The notes: generated by a model not told the origin, from the letters alone. A DNA stretch of 14,010 nt from Ignavibacteria bacterium (GCA_041694835.1 JBGFRZ010000024.1:1-14010), one strand, 5' to 3'; shown: positions 1 to 7,938, counted from the first letter of the stretch. Numbers and translations: made by a program.

Positions 1-143
1 CCTAAAAAATGCATAACTTTTCCGAGTGCTGTTCGCTATAGCGTACGGTTTTTGTATTTTCACTCGGAAAACATTATATAAAAATGTCTATTTTTAGTCC
101 AAATCTTACTTAATTACCTAATTTTTGAGCGTGAATAAAATTT

Positions 144-249
144 ACCCCGCACCACAGAAAGCCCCGTCTGTAAAGACGGGGATGACCGGGAACAGTTTTC
201 CCGCAGGGTTCTTCCCCCAAGCCACGCCTCTAAAGGCGTGGTGCGGGGT
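144..249. mobile_element. MITE/REP-like palindromic element with 12-bp terminal inverted repeats and three internal hairpins
   Basis: ACCCCGCACCAC (144-155) is the exact reverse complement of GTGGTGCGGGGT (238-249). Internal hairpins are CCCCGTCT-GTAA-AGACGGGG, CGGGAA-CAGTT-TTCCCG and CCACGCCT-CTAA-AGGCGTGG. It abuts the rpmB stop codon. Confidence 0.65.
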
Positions 250-441
250 TTACACAGCTTTTTTTACGATGCCGCTTCTCAAACATCTTGAACAGACGTA
301 AACCTTTTGGACAACGCCGTCGATAACTACCTTTTGATGGCTTAAGTTAGGCTTAAACTTTCTGTTGGATGCTTTGTGAGAGTGGCTGATTGATTTGCCG
401 CTTTTGGGTGCTTTGCCGCAGATTTCGCATTTGAATGCCAT
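250..441 (-). CDS. rpmB: 50S ribosomal protein bL28 (zinc-binding CxxC..CxxC form)
   Basis: 63-aa basic protein with CEICGK, SHSH..S.RKFKPNL and YVCSRCLRSG; AAGGAG SD-like sequence at 455-460 (minus strand). Confidence 0.97.
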   Translation of the reverse strand: MAFKCEICGKAPKSGKSISHSHKASNRKFKPNLSHQKVVIDGVVQKVYVCSRCLRSGIVKKAV

Positions 442-538
442 TTTTTTGGAATCGCTCCTTTGAAAATCTGTCTATCTATGGTTTCATTTTTTCTTGTTTT
501 TGAGAAAGTGTGTATAAAATAAAAGTTGCACTCCGCTC

Positions 539-567
539 ATTATACTAAAAACTTTTTTAAAAATCAA
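539..567 (-). promoter_or_regulatory. Putative sigma70 promoter for rpmB
   Basis: Minus strand TTGATT (567-562), 17 bp, TATAAT (544-539). Confidence 0.5.
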
Positions 568-569
568 AA

Positions 570-2642
570 ATGATGGATTCCCCTGTTCAATATCTGAAAG
601 GCGTTGGCCCAGCCCTTGCTAAAAAACTCGCAGCGATGGGAATAAACAACATATCCGATCTTCTCAACTACTATCCTTCGGCGTATCAGGACAGAAGTAG
701 GGCAAAGAAATTTGCGGAGTTAATTGATGGAGAGGACTGCCTTGTATTTGGGAAAGTTGTTGTGAGTGGAATGGTCGAGACCAGATATAACCTTTCAATA
801 TTCAAATGCGCCTTAACCGACGGACATACTTATATATGGATAAATGTTTTCAGATATGTAAATCCGTATAAAAAATTTAACATCTTCCAGAGATACCAGA
901 TGGATTTCAAAAAGGGCAACGAACTTTACGTGTGGGGAACGGTTCAAAAAAAATTCGGCGAAACAAACATAATTTTGAAAGAATACGAACTTATAACAAC
1001 CGAAAGGTCTAAAAATCCGGAAAGAATAACCCCGGTTTATCGTTTAACATCGGGCATTACTCAAAAATGGATAAGGGAAAAGATAGGGATGGCTATTGAG
1101 AAATACGCAGGCAATCTCTCCGAGGTCTGGCCCCAAAAAGGCGACGACTACCTGACACTATACTCCGCGATAAAAAATATCCACTTCCCGGAAAGTTTTG
1201 AAACCCTTGAAAAGGCTCGCAGAACTCTTGCCTTCGATGAATTTATGATTTTTCAGACGACGCTCAAGATGTCGAGGAGCTTCTACAGGGAGAGCGTAAA
1301 AACTCACGGATATCAGATAAAGGGAAACTTACTTTCACCTTTTAGAAAAAACTTAGGATTCGATTTTACATCCTCTCAAAAAAGGGCCATAAACGAGATT
1401 TTCAACGATATGCGTTCGCCGATGCCTATGAACAGAATTCTTATAGGAGATGTTGGATGCGGTAAAACAGCGGTAGCCGTATCGGCGATGTTATTGGCGG
1501 TGGAAAACGGCTATCAAGCCGTTATCATGGCTCCCACGGAAATACTTGCCCAGCAGCATTTCGCCACGCTTAAGAAATATCTTGGTCATCTTGATGTCAA
1601 AGTGGAACTCCTAACTTCATCTGTTCGTGCGAAGAGAAGAAAATATGGGGAAATCCTTCGAAGAATTTCAGAAGGAGAAGTTGATATCGTCGCTGGGACG
1701 CACTCGTTGGCTGAGCCGTCGCCACACTTCGCCAAAGTCAAACTTTTCGTCATAGACGAACAGCATAAATTTGGCGTAAATCAAAGGTTGCGATTGAGGG
1801 AAAAATCACCAACCGCAGATGTGCTTCTTATGTCGGCTACCCCCATCCCGCGGACGCTCGCGCTTACAATTTACGGTGATCTGGCTTTATCCTTCATTAA
1901 AGAAATGCCGCCGGGCAGACTTCCGGTAAAGACATTTTACATGAGGGATACAGAGGCATATGATTTTGTAAAAGATGAATTAAGGAAGGGCAACCAGGCT
2001 TTTATAGTATATCCACTCGTGGAAAACTCTGAAAAACCTGAACTCAAATCGGCGTTCTCCGAAGCTGATAATCTTGCAAAAAACGTATTTAACGAATTCA
2101 AGGTCGGACTTATTTACGGAAAGATGAAATCCGATGAGAAACAAAAAATGATGGAAGATTTCAGGGCAGGTGTTGTCGATGTCCTGATAGCCACAAGCGT
2201 AGTCGAGGTGGGGATAGACATACCTGGTGCAACCGTTCTTGTCGTCGAGCATGCCGAGAGATTTGGTCTTGCGACCCTTCATCAGTTAAGGGGACGCGTT
2301 GCGAGAAGCGACAGTCAGTCATACTGCATTATTGTTGGCGATCCCAAGACGGAAATCGCTCGTGAAAGAATGGAGATACTGCTTAAATACTCGGATGGTT
2401 TCGAAGTGGCGAAGGCCGATTTGAAACAAAGGGGACCGGGTGATATCATAGGCACTTATCAGCATGGTGAGCTTAAGTTCAAAGTCGGCGACATACTGAA
2501 AGATGCCGATCTGGTGGAACTCTCAAACAGTCTTGCGGAAAAAATTGTGGCGGCGGACGGAAATTTAACCGGTTATCCTGCGCTTAAAAGAAAGATATCC
2601 GAAATTTACGGCGGAAGAGTATTTCTCCCGCAGATCGGTTGA
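570..2642 (+). CDS. recG: ATP-dependent DNA helicase RecG
   Basis: N-terminal LKGVGP and OB/wedge region; helicase motifs GDVGCGKT, MAPTEILAQQH, IDEQHKFGV, MSATPIPRTL, ERFGLATLHQLRGRV; TRG motif DLKQRGPGD. Confidence 0.98.
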   Translation: MMDSPVQYLKGVGPALAKKLAAMGINNISDLLNYYPSAYQDRSRAKKFAELIDGEDCLVFGKVVVSGMVETRYNLSIFKCALTDGHTYIWINVFRYVNPYKKFNIFQRYQMDFKKGNELYVWGTVQKKFGETNIILKEYELITTERSKNPERITPVYRLTSGITQKWIREKIGMAIEKYAGNLSEVWPQKGDDYLTLYSAIKNIHFPESFETLEKARRTLAFDEFMIFQTTLKMSRSFYRESVKTHGYQIKGNLLSPFRKNLGFDFTSSQKRAINEIFNDMRSPMPMNRILIGDVGCGKTAVAVSAMLLAVENGYQAVIMAPTEILAQQHFATLKKYLGHLDVKVELLTSSVRAKRRKYGEILRRISEGEVDIVAGTHSLAEPSPHFAKVKLFVIDEQHKFGVNQRLRLREKSPTADVLLMSATPIPRTLALTIYGDLALSFIKEMPPGRLPVKTFYMRDTEAYDFVKDELRKGNQAFIVYPLVENSEKPELKSAFSEADNLAKNVFNEFKVGLIYGKMKSDEKQKMMEDFRAGVVDVLIATSVVEVGIDIPGATVLVVEHAERFGLATLHQLRGRVARSDSQSYCIIVGDPKTEIARERMEILLKYSDGFEVAKADLKQRGPGDIIGTYQHGELKFKVGDILKDADLVELSNSLAEKIVAADGNLTGYPALKRKISEIYGGRVFLPQIG

Positions 2643-2755
2643 CCCCGTACCAATCCTATTAACAACTTTACCTCTAATTGTTGATTTGCGACAAAAGTCG
2701 TTTCGCATTACACCTTACAATAAAAGTAAAGTTATCAGAGGAATTGGTGCGGGGT
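2642..2755. mobile_element. MITE-like long hairpin element of the ACCCCGCACCA family
   Basis: ACCCCGTACCAAT (2642-2654) pairs with ATTGGTGCGGGGT (2743-2755) with 1 mismatch, and complementarity extends inward (AACTTTAC/GTAAAGTT). The CCCCG..CGGGG core is flanked by TGA on both sides (2640-2642, 2755-2757). Confidence 0.65.
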
Positions 2756-2760
2756 GAATT

Positions 2761-2788
2761 TTGAAATTTCGATAAAATTTTGTAATAT
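2761..2788 (+). promoter_or_regulatory. Possible sigma70 promoter upstream of coaD
   Basis: TTGAAA (2761-2766), 16 bp, TAATAT (2783-2788); an imperfect match. Confidence 0.3.
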
Positions 2789-2964
2789 GAGAGTGTTGAA
2801 AAACCTTAATTTTTTGAACGATTTGGCAGTTTTAGGTTAAAAGTTGAAATCGTTTAGACCGCAATGTCCGACGAGCAAAGCGAGGAGTTTTGCGGTCTGA
2901 TTGAAACTTTTAACCGTTAAGAAACTGCTCTTTAAGTGAAAAAGATGGGTTTTTCAATAATCTC
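2789..2964. mobile_element. 176-bp MITE with 17-bp terminal inverted repeats and 5-bp target-site duplication
   Basis: GAGAGTGTTGAAAAACC (2789-2805) versus GGTTTTTCAATAATCTC (2948-2964), 2 mismatches. AATAT flanks both ends (2784-2788, 2965-2969). Nested inner arms are GGTTAAAAGTT/AACTTTTAACC and AGACCGCAA/TTGCGGTCT. Confidence 0.75.
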
Positions 2965-2978
2965 AATATAAAACCGGT

Positions 2979-3458
2979 ATGAAAGTTAAGACAATAACGG
3001 CAGTTTATCCTGGGAGTTTCGACCCTCCGACCAACGGACATATAGATCTTGTCGTGCGCGCTTCGAAGCTGTTTTGCGGCTTGATTGTGGCAGTTACGGA
3101 TAACCAGAACAAAATGCCGAGCTTCCCTCTGGAAAAAAGAATAGAAGTTTTGAAGAGGGCTACGAGAAATATAAGGGGCGTTAAAGTTGAAAGGTTTTCC
3201 GGCCTGCTTGTTAGATATCTCAGAAAAAAAGGCGCGAAAGTGATAATAAGAGGGCTAAGAGCCGTGAGCGACTTTGAGTATGAGTTCCAGCTTGCCCTTA
3301 TGAACAGAAAACTCTACAAGGACATTGAAACGGTTTTTCTGATGCCGGACGAGAAATACGTTTATCTCTCGTCGAGCCTTGTGAGGGAAGTTGCCCGCCT
3401 TGGCGGGGCAATAGATTGTCTCGTGCCCCGAGATGTGAAAAAACTTTTGCGCGGATAA
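2979..3458 (+). CDS. coaD: Phosphopantetheine adenylyltransferase
   Basis: YPGSFDPPTNGH, IIRGLRAVSDFEYEFQLALMNR, YLSSSLVREVA; 159 aa. Confidence 0.98.
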   Translation: MKVKTITAVYPGSFDPPTNGHIDLVVRASKLFCGLIVAVTDNQNKMPSFPLEKRIEVLKRATRNIRGVKVERFSGLLVRYLRKKGAKVIIRGLRAVSDFEYEFQLALMNRKLYKDIETVFLMPDEKYVYLSSSLVREVARLGGAIDCLVPRDVKKLLRG

Positions 3459-3463
3459 TAGTT

Positions 3464-4936
3464 ATGCAAGCTTTTCAACCCATAAAAAAACGTTTAGGCG
3501 ATTTGCTTGTCGAAACAAATCTTATTTCGCGTGAGCAGCTTGCGCAGGCGCTGGAACTTCATAATAAAAAGGGAATCAAACTTGGAAGAGCCCTCCTTGA
3601 ACTTCATTTTGTAACGGAAGATTTGCTTTTGGCTTTTCTCGGAAGGCAGTGCGGAATATCTTATGTATCGCTTAAGGAATGCGGCGAAATACCGGAAAAA
3701 GTGATTCGTGCTATTCCCGAGCATATAGCGAGGCAGTGGGAGATTTTTCCGATAATGCTCAAAGAAAACGAACTCACCATAGCCGTATACGATCCGTTCA
3801 ACGTTTTTGCGCTTGACGACTTGAGACTTCTTACAGGCTATGAAGTCAAAACAGTGATTGCGCCGGTCGATGAGATTAATGCATACATAGACAAATATTA
3901 CATTCAAAGAGGTGTCCCCACCGCAAACTTTCCCGAAAATTTTCTTCATAAAATTGCTTCGTACGGCATAGACATTGGAGCGACTGAGATTTATTTTAGC
4001 GCTAACACGCTCAGATACTTCTTCAACCTCATATATCTCAAAACTGTCGAATTGAGCGACAAAGAAACCGAAATTTTGAATGAAAAAATAGCGGCAATAT
4101 CCGAAAACCCAGGCGAAAAATTCTTTTCTTATCGCGCTCCTTTTTGTAAAACTGAATCGATGAACAAATATTCGCTTGCTCCACGAAATTTCGATAAAAC
4201 ATCTCTCATCAAGATAAAAGACACAACTACTATTCACAAACTTCAGGAGTCAGGTTTCCAGCCGGACGACATACTGATTTTAAACAAACATCTTAACTCA
4301 AGCGATGGCATTATCATAATTTCGGGCGAACCAGGTTCTGCAAAAACAACCACTATGATTTCCATATCGTCCTTGGTGGCCTCAAATCAGGAAATAATCT
4401 ATTTTATTGGCGATGAGGCATCATGTGACATAATACAGAATAAATTCATCATTTTATCGGGTAAGAGTATGGTCGCATTGAACGAGAAGTTCGATTTCAG
4501 CGCGCATTATGTTTTTATAGACGCTCTCGGACGCAATGAAATCGGAATGCTCGACCTGTGGGCCCAGAATTCATGCGTGGTTGTTTCGACTTCCGACGAA
4601 ACGATGAAGATAAAATCGCCACGTCTATACATAAGGCAAAAACTCGTAAGACGCCTTTGTCCCAGGTGCAAGGAAAATTATGTAATATCCAGGGATTATC
4701 TTGTCAACTCCGGGATTCTTCTTGACGTTCAAAGCGATGAAATAATACTTTCAAAAGCGTCGGGCTGCGAGTTCTGCAACTTTACGGGATATTGTGGTAA
4801 AACGCTCGTTTATTTTATGACGGAGGAATACGATAAACTTAAGCATGACCAGATAAAAACAAATATGCTCAAAGTCATGTGGAACAAAGTGCTCGTCGGA
4901 GAAATAACTCTCGAGGAGGTTCTTCTTTACAGATAA
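3464..4936 (+). CDS. PilB/GspE-like protein with MshEN-type N-terminus and degenerate ATPase domain
   Basis: ATG 3464 chosen because it follows the coaD stop. N-terminal tandem RLGDLLV..KLGRALL..LGRQ motif, DPFNVFALDDL, altered Walker A GEPGSAKTT, QKLVRRLCPRC..GCEFC Zn-finger, C-terminal GEITLEEV. It occupies the pilB position of a pilB-pilT-pilC cluster. Confidence 0.85.
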   Translation: MQAFQPIKKRLGDLLVETNLISREQLAQALELHNKKGIKLGRALLELHFVTEDLLLAFLGRQCGISYVSLKECGEIPEKVIRAIPEHIARQWEIFPIMLKENELTIAVYDPFNVFALDDLRLLTGYEVKTVIAPVDEINAYIDKYYIQRGVPTANFPENFLHKIASYGIDIGATEIYFSANTLRYFFNLIYLKTVELSDKETEILNEKIAAISENPGEKFFSYRAPFCKTESMNKYSLAPRNFDKTSLIKIKDTTTIHKLQESGFQPDDILILNKHLNSSDGIIIISGEPGSAKTTTMISISSLVASNQEIIYFIGDEASCDIIQNKFIILSGKSMVALNEKFDFSAHYVFIDALGRNEIGMLDLWAQNSCVVVSTSDETMKIKSPRLYIRQKLVRRLCPRCKENYVISRDYLVNSGILLDVQSDEIILSKASGCEFCNFTGYCGKTLVYFMTEEYDKLKHDQIKTNMLKVMWNKVLVGEITLEEVLLYR

Positions 4937-4938
4937 CT

Positions 4939-6003
4939 ATGCTAAACATGAACGATTTATTGATTCTCATGATAGAAAAAAAAGCATCAGATCTTCACAT
5001 AACGTCCGGCGCGCCCCCTGTTTTGAGAATAGATGGGCAGATGATACCGACAAATTACGAGAAACTGACCCCCGATGTATGTCAGCGCCTGATATACTCG
5101 CTTCTTACTGACGCTCAGAAGGAAAAATTCGAAGCCGTAAATGAGCTGGATTTGTCTTTCGGAATAAAAGGAGTGGGGAGGGTCAGGATGAATGTTTTCA
5201 GGCAGCGCGGCGCCGTCGGCGCGGCATTAAGGTCGATTCCTCAGAAGATAATGACCTTTGAAGAGCTAAATCTTCCGGCGGCGGTTTACGAGATGATGAA
5301 GATACCGAAAGGACTTATACTTGTCACCGGTCCGACGGGTTCCGGAAAATCTACTACCCTTGCGTCCATGATAGATTACCTTAACGAGCATCGCCACGGG
5401 CATATAGTAACGATAGAAGACCCCATTGAATACGTCCACAGCCACAAAAACTGTGTCGTTAATCAAAGGGAGATAGGCTCAGATACGGGAAGTTTTACAG
5501 CCGCCCTGAAATACATCCTCAGGCAGGACCCCAACATAATACTTATCGGCGAGATGAGGGATCTTGAGACGGTACGTGCGGCGTTGACCATAGCTGAAAC
5601 CGGTCACCTCGTTTTGGGCACCCTTCATACAACAGACGCTGTGTCGTCGATAAACAGGATAGTAGACGTTTTCCCGCCACACCAGCAGTCTCAGGTAAGA
5701 AGCCAACTTTCATTCACTCTCCATGCGGTCTTTGCCCAGCAGCTTCTGCCATTGGCCTCGGGTGTTGGAAGGATTCTGGCCTGCGAGGTAATGGTGGTGA
5801 CGCCGGCCATTCAAAACCTGATAAGAGATATGAAAACAGAGCAAATTTATCTCAGCCTTCAGACGGGGGCGAAGTTTGGAATGCAGACAATGAACCAATC
5901 TCTATACGACCTATATAACAAGAAAAAGATAACTTATAATCAAGCCATAGATTCTTCAACGGGACCGGAAGAGCTCAAAAAAATTATACAAAAAACGCTA
6001 TAA
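4939..6003 (+). CDS. pilT: Type IV pilus retraction ATPase PilT
   Basis: ASDLHI, GPTGSGKST, TIEDPIE, RQDPNIILIGEMRD, TGHLVLGTLH, AIQNLIRD (AIRNLIRE motif). Start is 4939 or 4948 rather than 4879. Confidence 0.95.
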   Translation: MLNMNDLLILMIEKKASDLHITSGAPPVLRIDGQMIPTNYEKLTPDVCQRLIYSLLTDAQKEKFEAVNELDLSFGIKGVGRVRMNVFRQRGAVGAALRSIPQKIMTFEELNLPAAVYEMMKIPKGLILVTGPTGSGKSTTLASMIDYLNEHRHGHIVTIEDPIEYVHSHKNCVVNQREIGSDTGSFTAALKYILRQDPNIILIGEMRDLETVRAALTIAETGHLVLGTLHTTDAVSSINRIVDVFPPHQQSQVRSQLSFTLHAVFAQQLLPLASGVGRILACEVMVVTPAIQNLIRDMKTEQIYLSLQTGAKFGMQTMNQSLYDLYNKKKITYNQAIDSSTGPEELKKIIQKTL

Positions 6004-6039
6004 ATCTCTCGTATTTTCGGTGAGGGATAAAGAGGTGCC

Positions 6040-7263
6040 ATGCCGCAATTCAACTATAAAGCAAGGCCGCCATCGGGGGCCGTAGTAACTGGAGCGATAG
6101 AAGCCGGCGACATAAGGTCAGCCATGGACAAACTAAAGTCGCAGCGGCTCATTCCCATAGAAGTAAACGAGGCGAAGACTGGTGGAATTTCTGCTTTCAT
6201 AGGAAAAATTAACCCGTTTAAGCCCAGAGTGAAAACAGGCGATGTCGTGCTTTTCTCAAGACAGCTTTCGACGATGGTTTCGGCAGGCGTCCCAATAGTT
6301 CAGGGTCTCAATATCTTATCCGAACAGTTAGAAAACCCGCCTTTCAGGACCGTTGTCGGAGCTGTCAAGGAAGACATAGAGGCCGGAGTTTCTATGCCCG
6401 ATGCAATGAAGAAGCACCCCGATGCTTTTTCGGATCTGTATGTTTCAATGATAAAAGCGGGAGACGAAGGCGGCATACTTGACGCTATCTTGCAGAGGCT
6501 TTCACAGTATATGGAGGCGTCCGAAGAGTTGAAGGCTAAGATAAAAAGCGCGATGACGTATCCAGTTGTCATAGGCGTTATAGCGTTTGCCGTTGTTATA
6601 TTTTTGATGGTTTTTGTTATACCTACTTTCAAAAACATTTTCGCAAGTTTTGGCGCTGAACTTCCGCTCCCTACAAAAATTCTTCTCGCGCTCTCGGCCC
6701 TCACACAAAAAATATTTCCTCTTTTCATAGTTGGCCCTATCGCAGGTTTCTGGGGTTTCAAAAGGCTTAACAAAATCCCGAAGGTAAGGTTTAAGATAGA
6801 CGCTCTCAAACTTAAAGCTCCGATGTTCGGACTTATGCTCAGAAAAGTTGCGATAGCCAAATTTTCAAGAACCCTCGGGACTCTTATAAAAAGCGGCGTG
6901 CCTATAATGCACGCTCTCGACACCGTCGCGAAAACATCGGGCAATATGGTTATAGAAAAGGCGATTTTTGAGGCGCGCGACGAGGTGAAAAAGGGAGAGC
7001 ACATGGTCAATCCTCTTAAGAAAAGCGGCCAGTTCCCACCTATGGTGATACAGATGATATCCGTAGGGGAGCAGACAGGAAACCTCGACACAATGCTTGT
7101 TAAAATTGCCGAGTTTTATGATTCTGAGGTAGATGTGGCTGTTAAAGGTCTTACGAGCATGATAGAACCACTCGTCATGGCCTTTATGGGCATCGTCATA
7201 GGGGGAATAGTCATAGCGATGTTCCTGCCTATGTTTGAAATGAGCCAGCTTGTTTCTAAATAA
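6040..7263 (+). CDS. pilC: Type IV pilus inner-membrane platform protein PilC (GspF family)
   Basis: FSRQLSTMVSAGVP, KIKSAMTYP, FSRTLGTLIKSGVP, GEQTGNLD, MIEP..FLPMF; SD GAGG upstream. Confidence 0.95.
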   Translation: MPQFNYKARPPSGAVVTGAIEAGDIRSAMDKLKSQRLIPIEVNEAKTGGISAFIGKINPFKPRVKTGDVVLFSRQLSTMVSAGVPIVQGLNILSEQLENPPFRTVVGAVKEDIEAGVSMPDAMKKHPDAFSDLYVSMIKAGDEGGILDAILQRLSQYMEASEELKAKIKSAMTYPVVIGVIAFAVVIFLMVFVIPTFKNIFASFGAELPLPTKILLALSALTQKIFPLFIVGPIAGFWGFKRLNKIPKVRFKIDALKLKAPMFGLMLRKVAIAKFSRTLGTLIKSGVPIMHALDTVAKTSGNMVIEKAIFEARDEVKKGEHMVNPLKKSGQFPPMVIQMISVGEQTGNLDTMLVKIAEFYDSEVDVAVKGLTSMIEPLVMAFMGIVIGGIVIAMFLPMFEMSQLVSK

Positions 7264-7277
7264 CGATATCAAAGGTG

Positions 7278-7293
7278 TGTGATTTTTGTCACT
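7278..7293. promoter_or_regulatory. CRP/FNR-family-like operator upstream of the pilin promoter
   Basis: TGTGA-TTTTTG-TCACT matches TGTGA-N6-TCACA at 9 of 10 positions. Confidence 0.5.
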
Positions 7294-7306
7294 TAGAAAA
7301 AAGGAC

Positions 7307-7335
7307 TTGACAAATGTTCAAAAAAATGGTATAAG
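7307..7335 (+). promoter_or_regulatory. Strong sigma70-type promoter for the pilin gene
   Basis: TTGACA (7307-7312), 17 bp, TATAAG (7330-7335), with an extended TG at 7327-7328. Confidence 0.75.
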
Positions 7336-7413
7336 TTGTAGATATGCGGCGCATGATAGCGTCGCGATTTCAAAAAAAGCCCCCCGCTTAACGGGGGAAG
7401 GAGGTGATAAGGT

Positions 7414-7866
7414 ATGAGAAAATCGAAAGGTTTTACACTCATTGAACTTATGATAGTTGTTGCCATCATCGGTATTCTGTCGGCCATAGCCATTCCCAGA
7501 TTCGCCGATCTGATAAGGAAATCTAACGAGGGAGCCACAAGGGGAAACCTTGCAACGATCAGGAGCTCTCTCTCCATCTACTACTCGGAAAACGAGGGCG
7601 TGTATCCTTCAAATCCAGTGTCGTTGGCGACTCCCTCCGTCGGCGGTGTAGCAGGTAAGTATTTAAAAGAGATACCAAGAGTCAACATACCGCCTTACGG
7701 TGGCACAAACACGTTTAACCTGGCGGCGTCTTCAAACACCAATGGGTTGGGCTGGGGTTATAACCCGAATGTGACTTTCCCGATAGGTATGTCGAGGTCG
7801 CAGGGAGAGGTTTGGGTTGACTCTACGTCCACAGATTCGAAAGGCACGATTTGGAATACCTATTAA
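7414..7866 (+). CDS. pilA: Type IV pilin, probably the major pilin
   Basis: Class III signal MRKSKG|FTLIELMIVVAIIGILSAIAIP. Strong SD AAGGAGGTGA, own promoter and own terminator suggest high expression. Confidence 0.88.
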   Translation: MRKSKGFTLIELMIVVAIIGILSAIAIPRFADLIRKSNEGATRGNLATIRSSLSIYYSENEGVYPSNPVSLATPSVGGVAGKYLKEIPRVNIPPYGGTNTFNLAASSNTNGLGWGYNPNVTFPIGMSRSQGEVWVDSTSTDSKGTIWNTY

Positions 7867-7887
7867 TCTCCAATCGTGTTTATGTTT

Positions 7888-7923
7888 GAAAGGGAGGAGT
7901 TTCACTCCTCCCTTTCTTTTTTT
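7888..7923 (+). terminator. Intrinsic terminator after the pilin gene
   Basis: GAAAGGGAGGAGT-TTC-ACTCCTCCCTTTC (13-bp perfect stem) followed by T7. Confidence 0.9.
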
Positions 7924-7938
7924 GGAATATCTTTAACT

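Noticed and set aside
7340-7410. c-di-GMP riboswitch in the pilin leader
   Set aside because: The hairpins lack the GGCAAA/GNRA tetraloop-receptor pattern of class I, and I see no class II features.
6300-7577. Long antisense ORFs over pilC and the pilin gene (263, 135, 94 aa), and similar ones over recG, the PilB-like gene, pilT, pilD and the transposase
   Set aside because: They are shadow frames of well-supported genes with no motifs of their own.
7414-7866. Electrically conductive (e-pilin) candidate
   Set aside because: It has 14 aromatics in 144 mature residues but none at positions 27 or 32, it is a full-length pilin, and no cytochrome genes are nearby.
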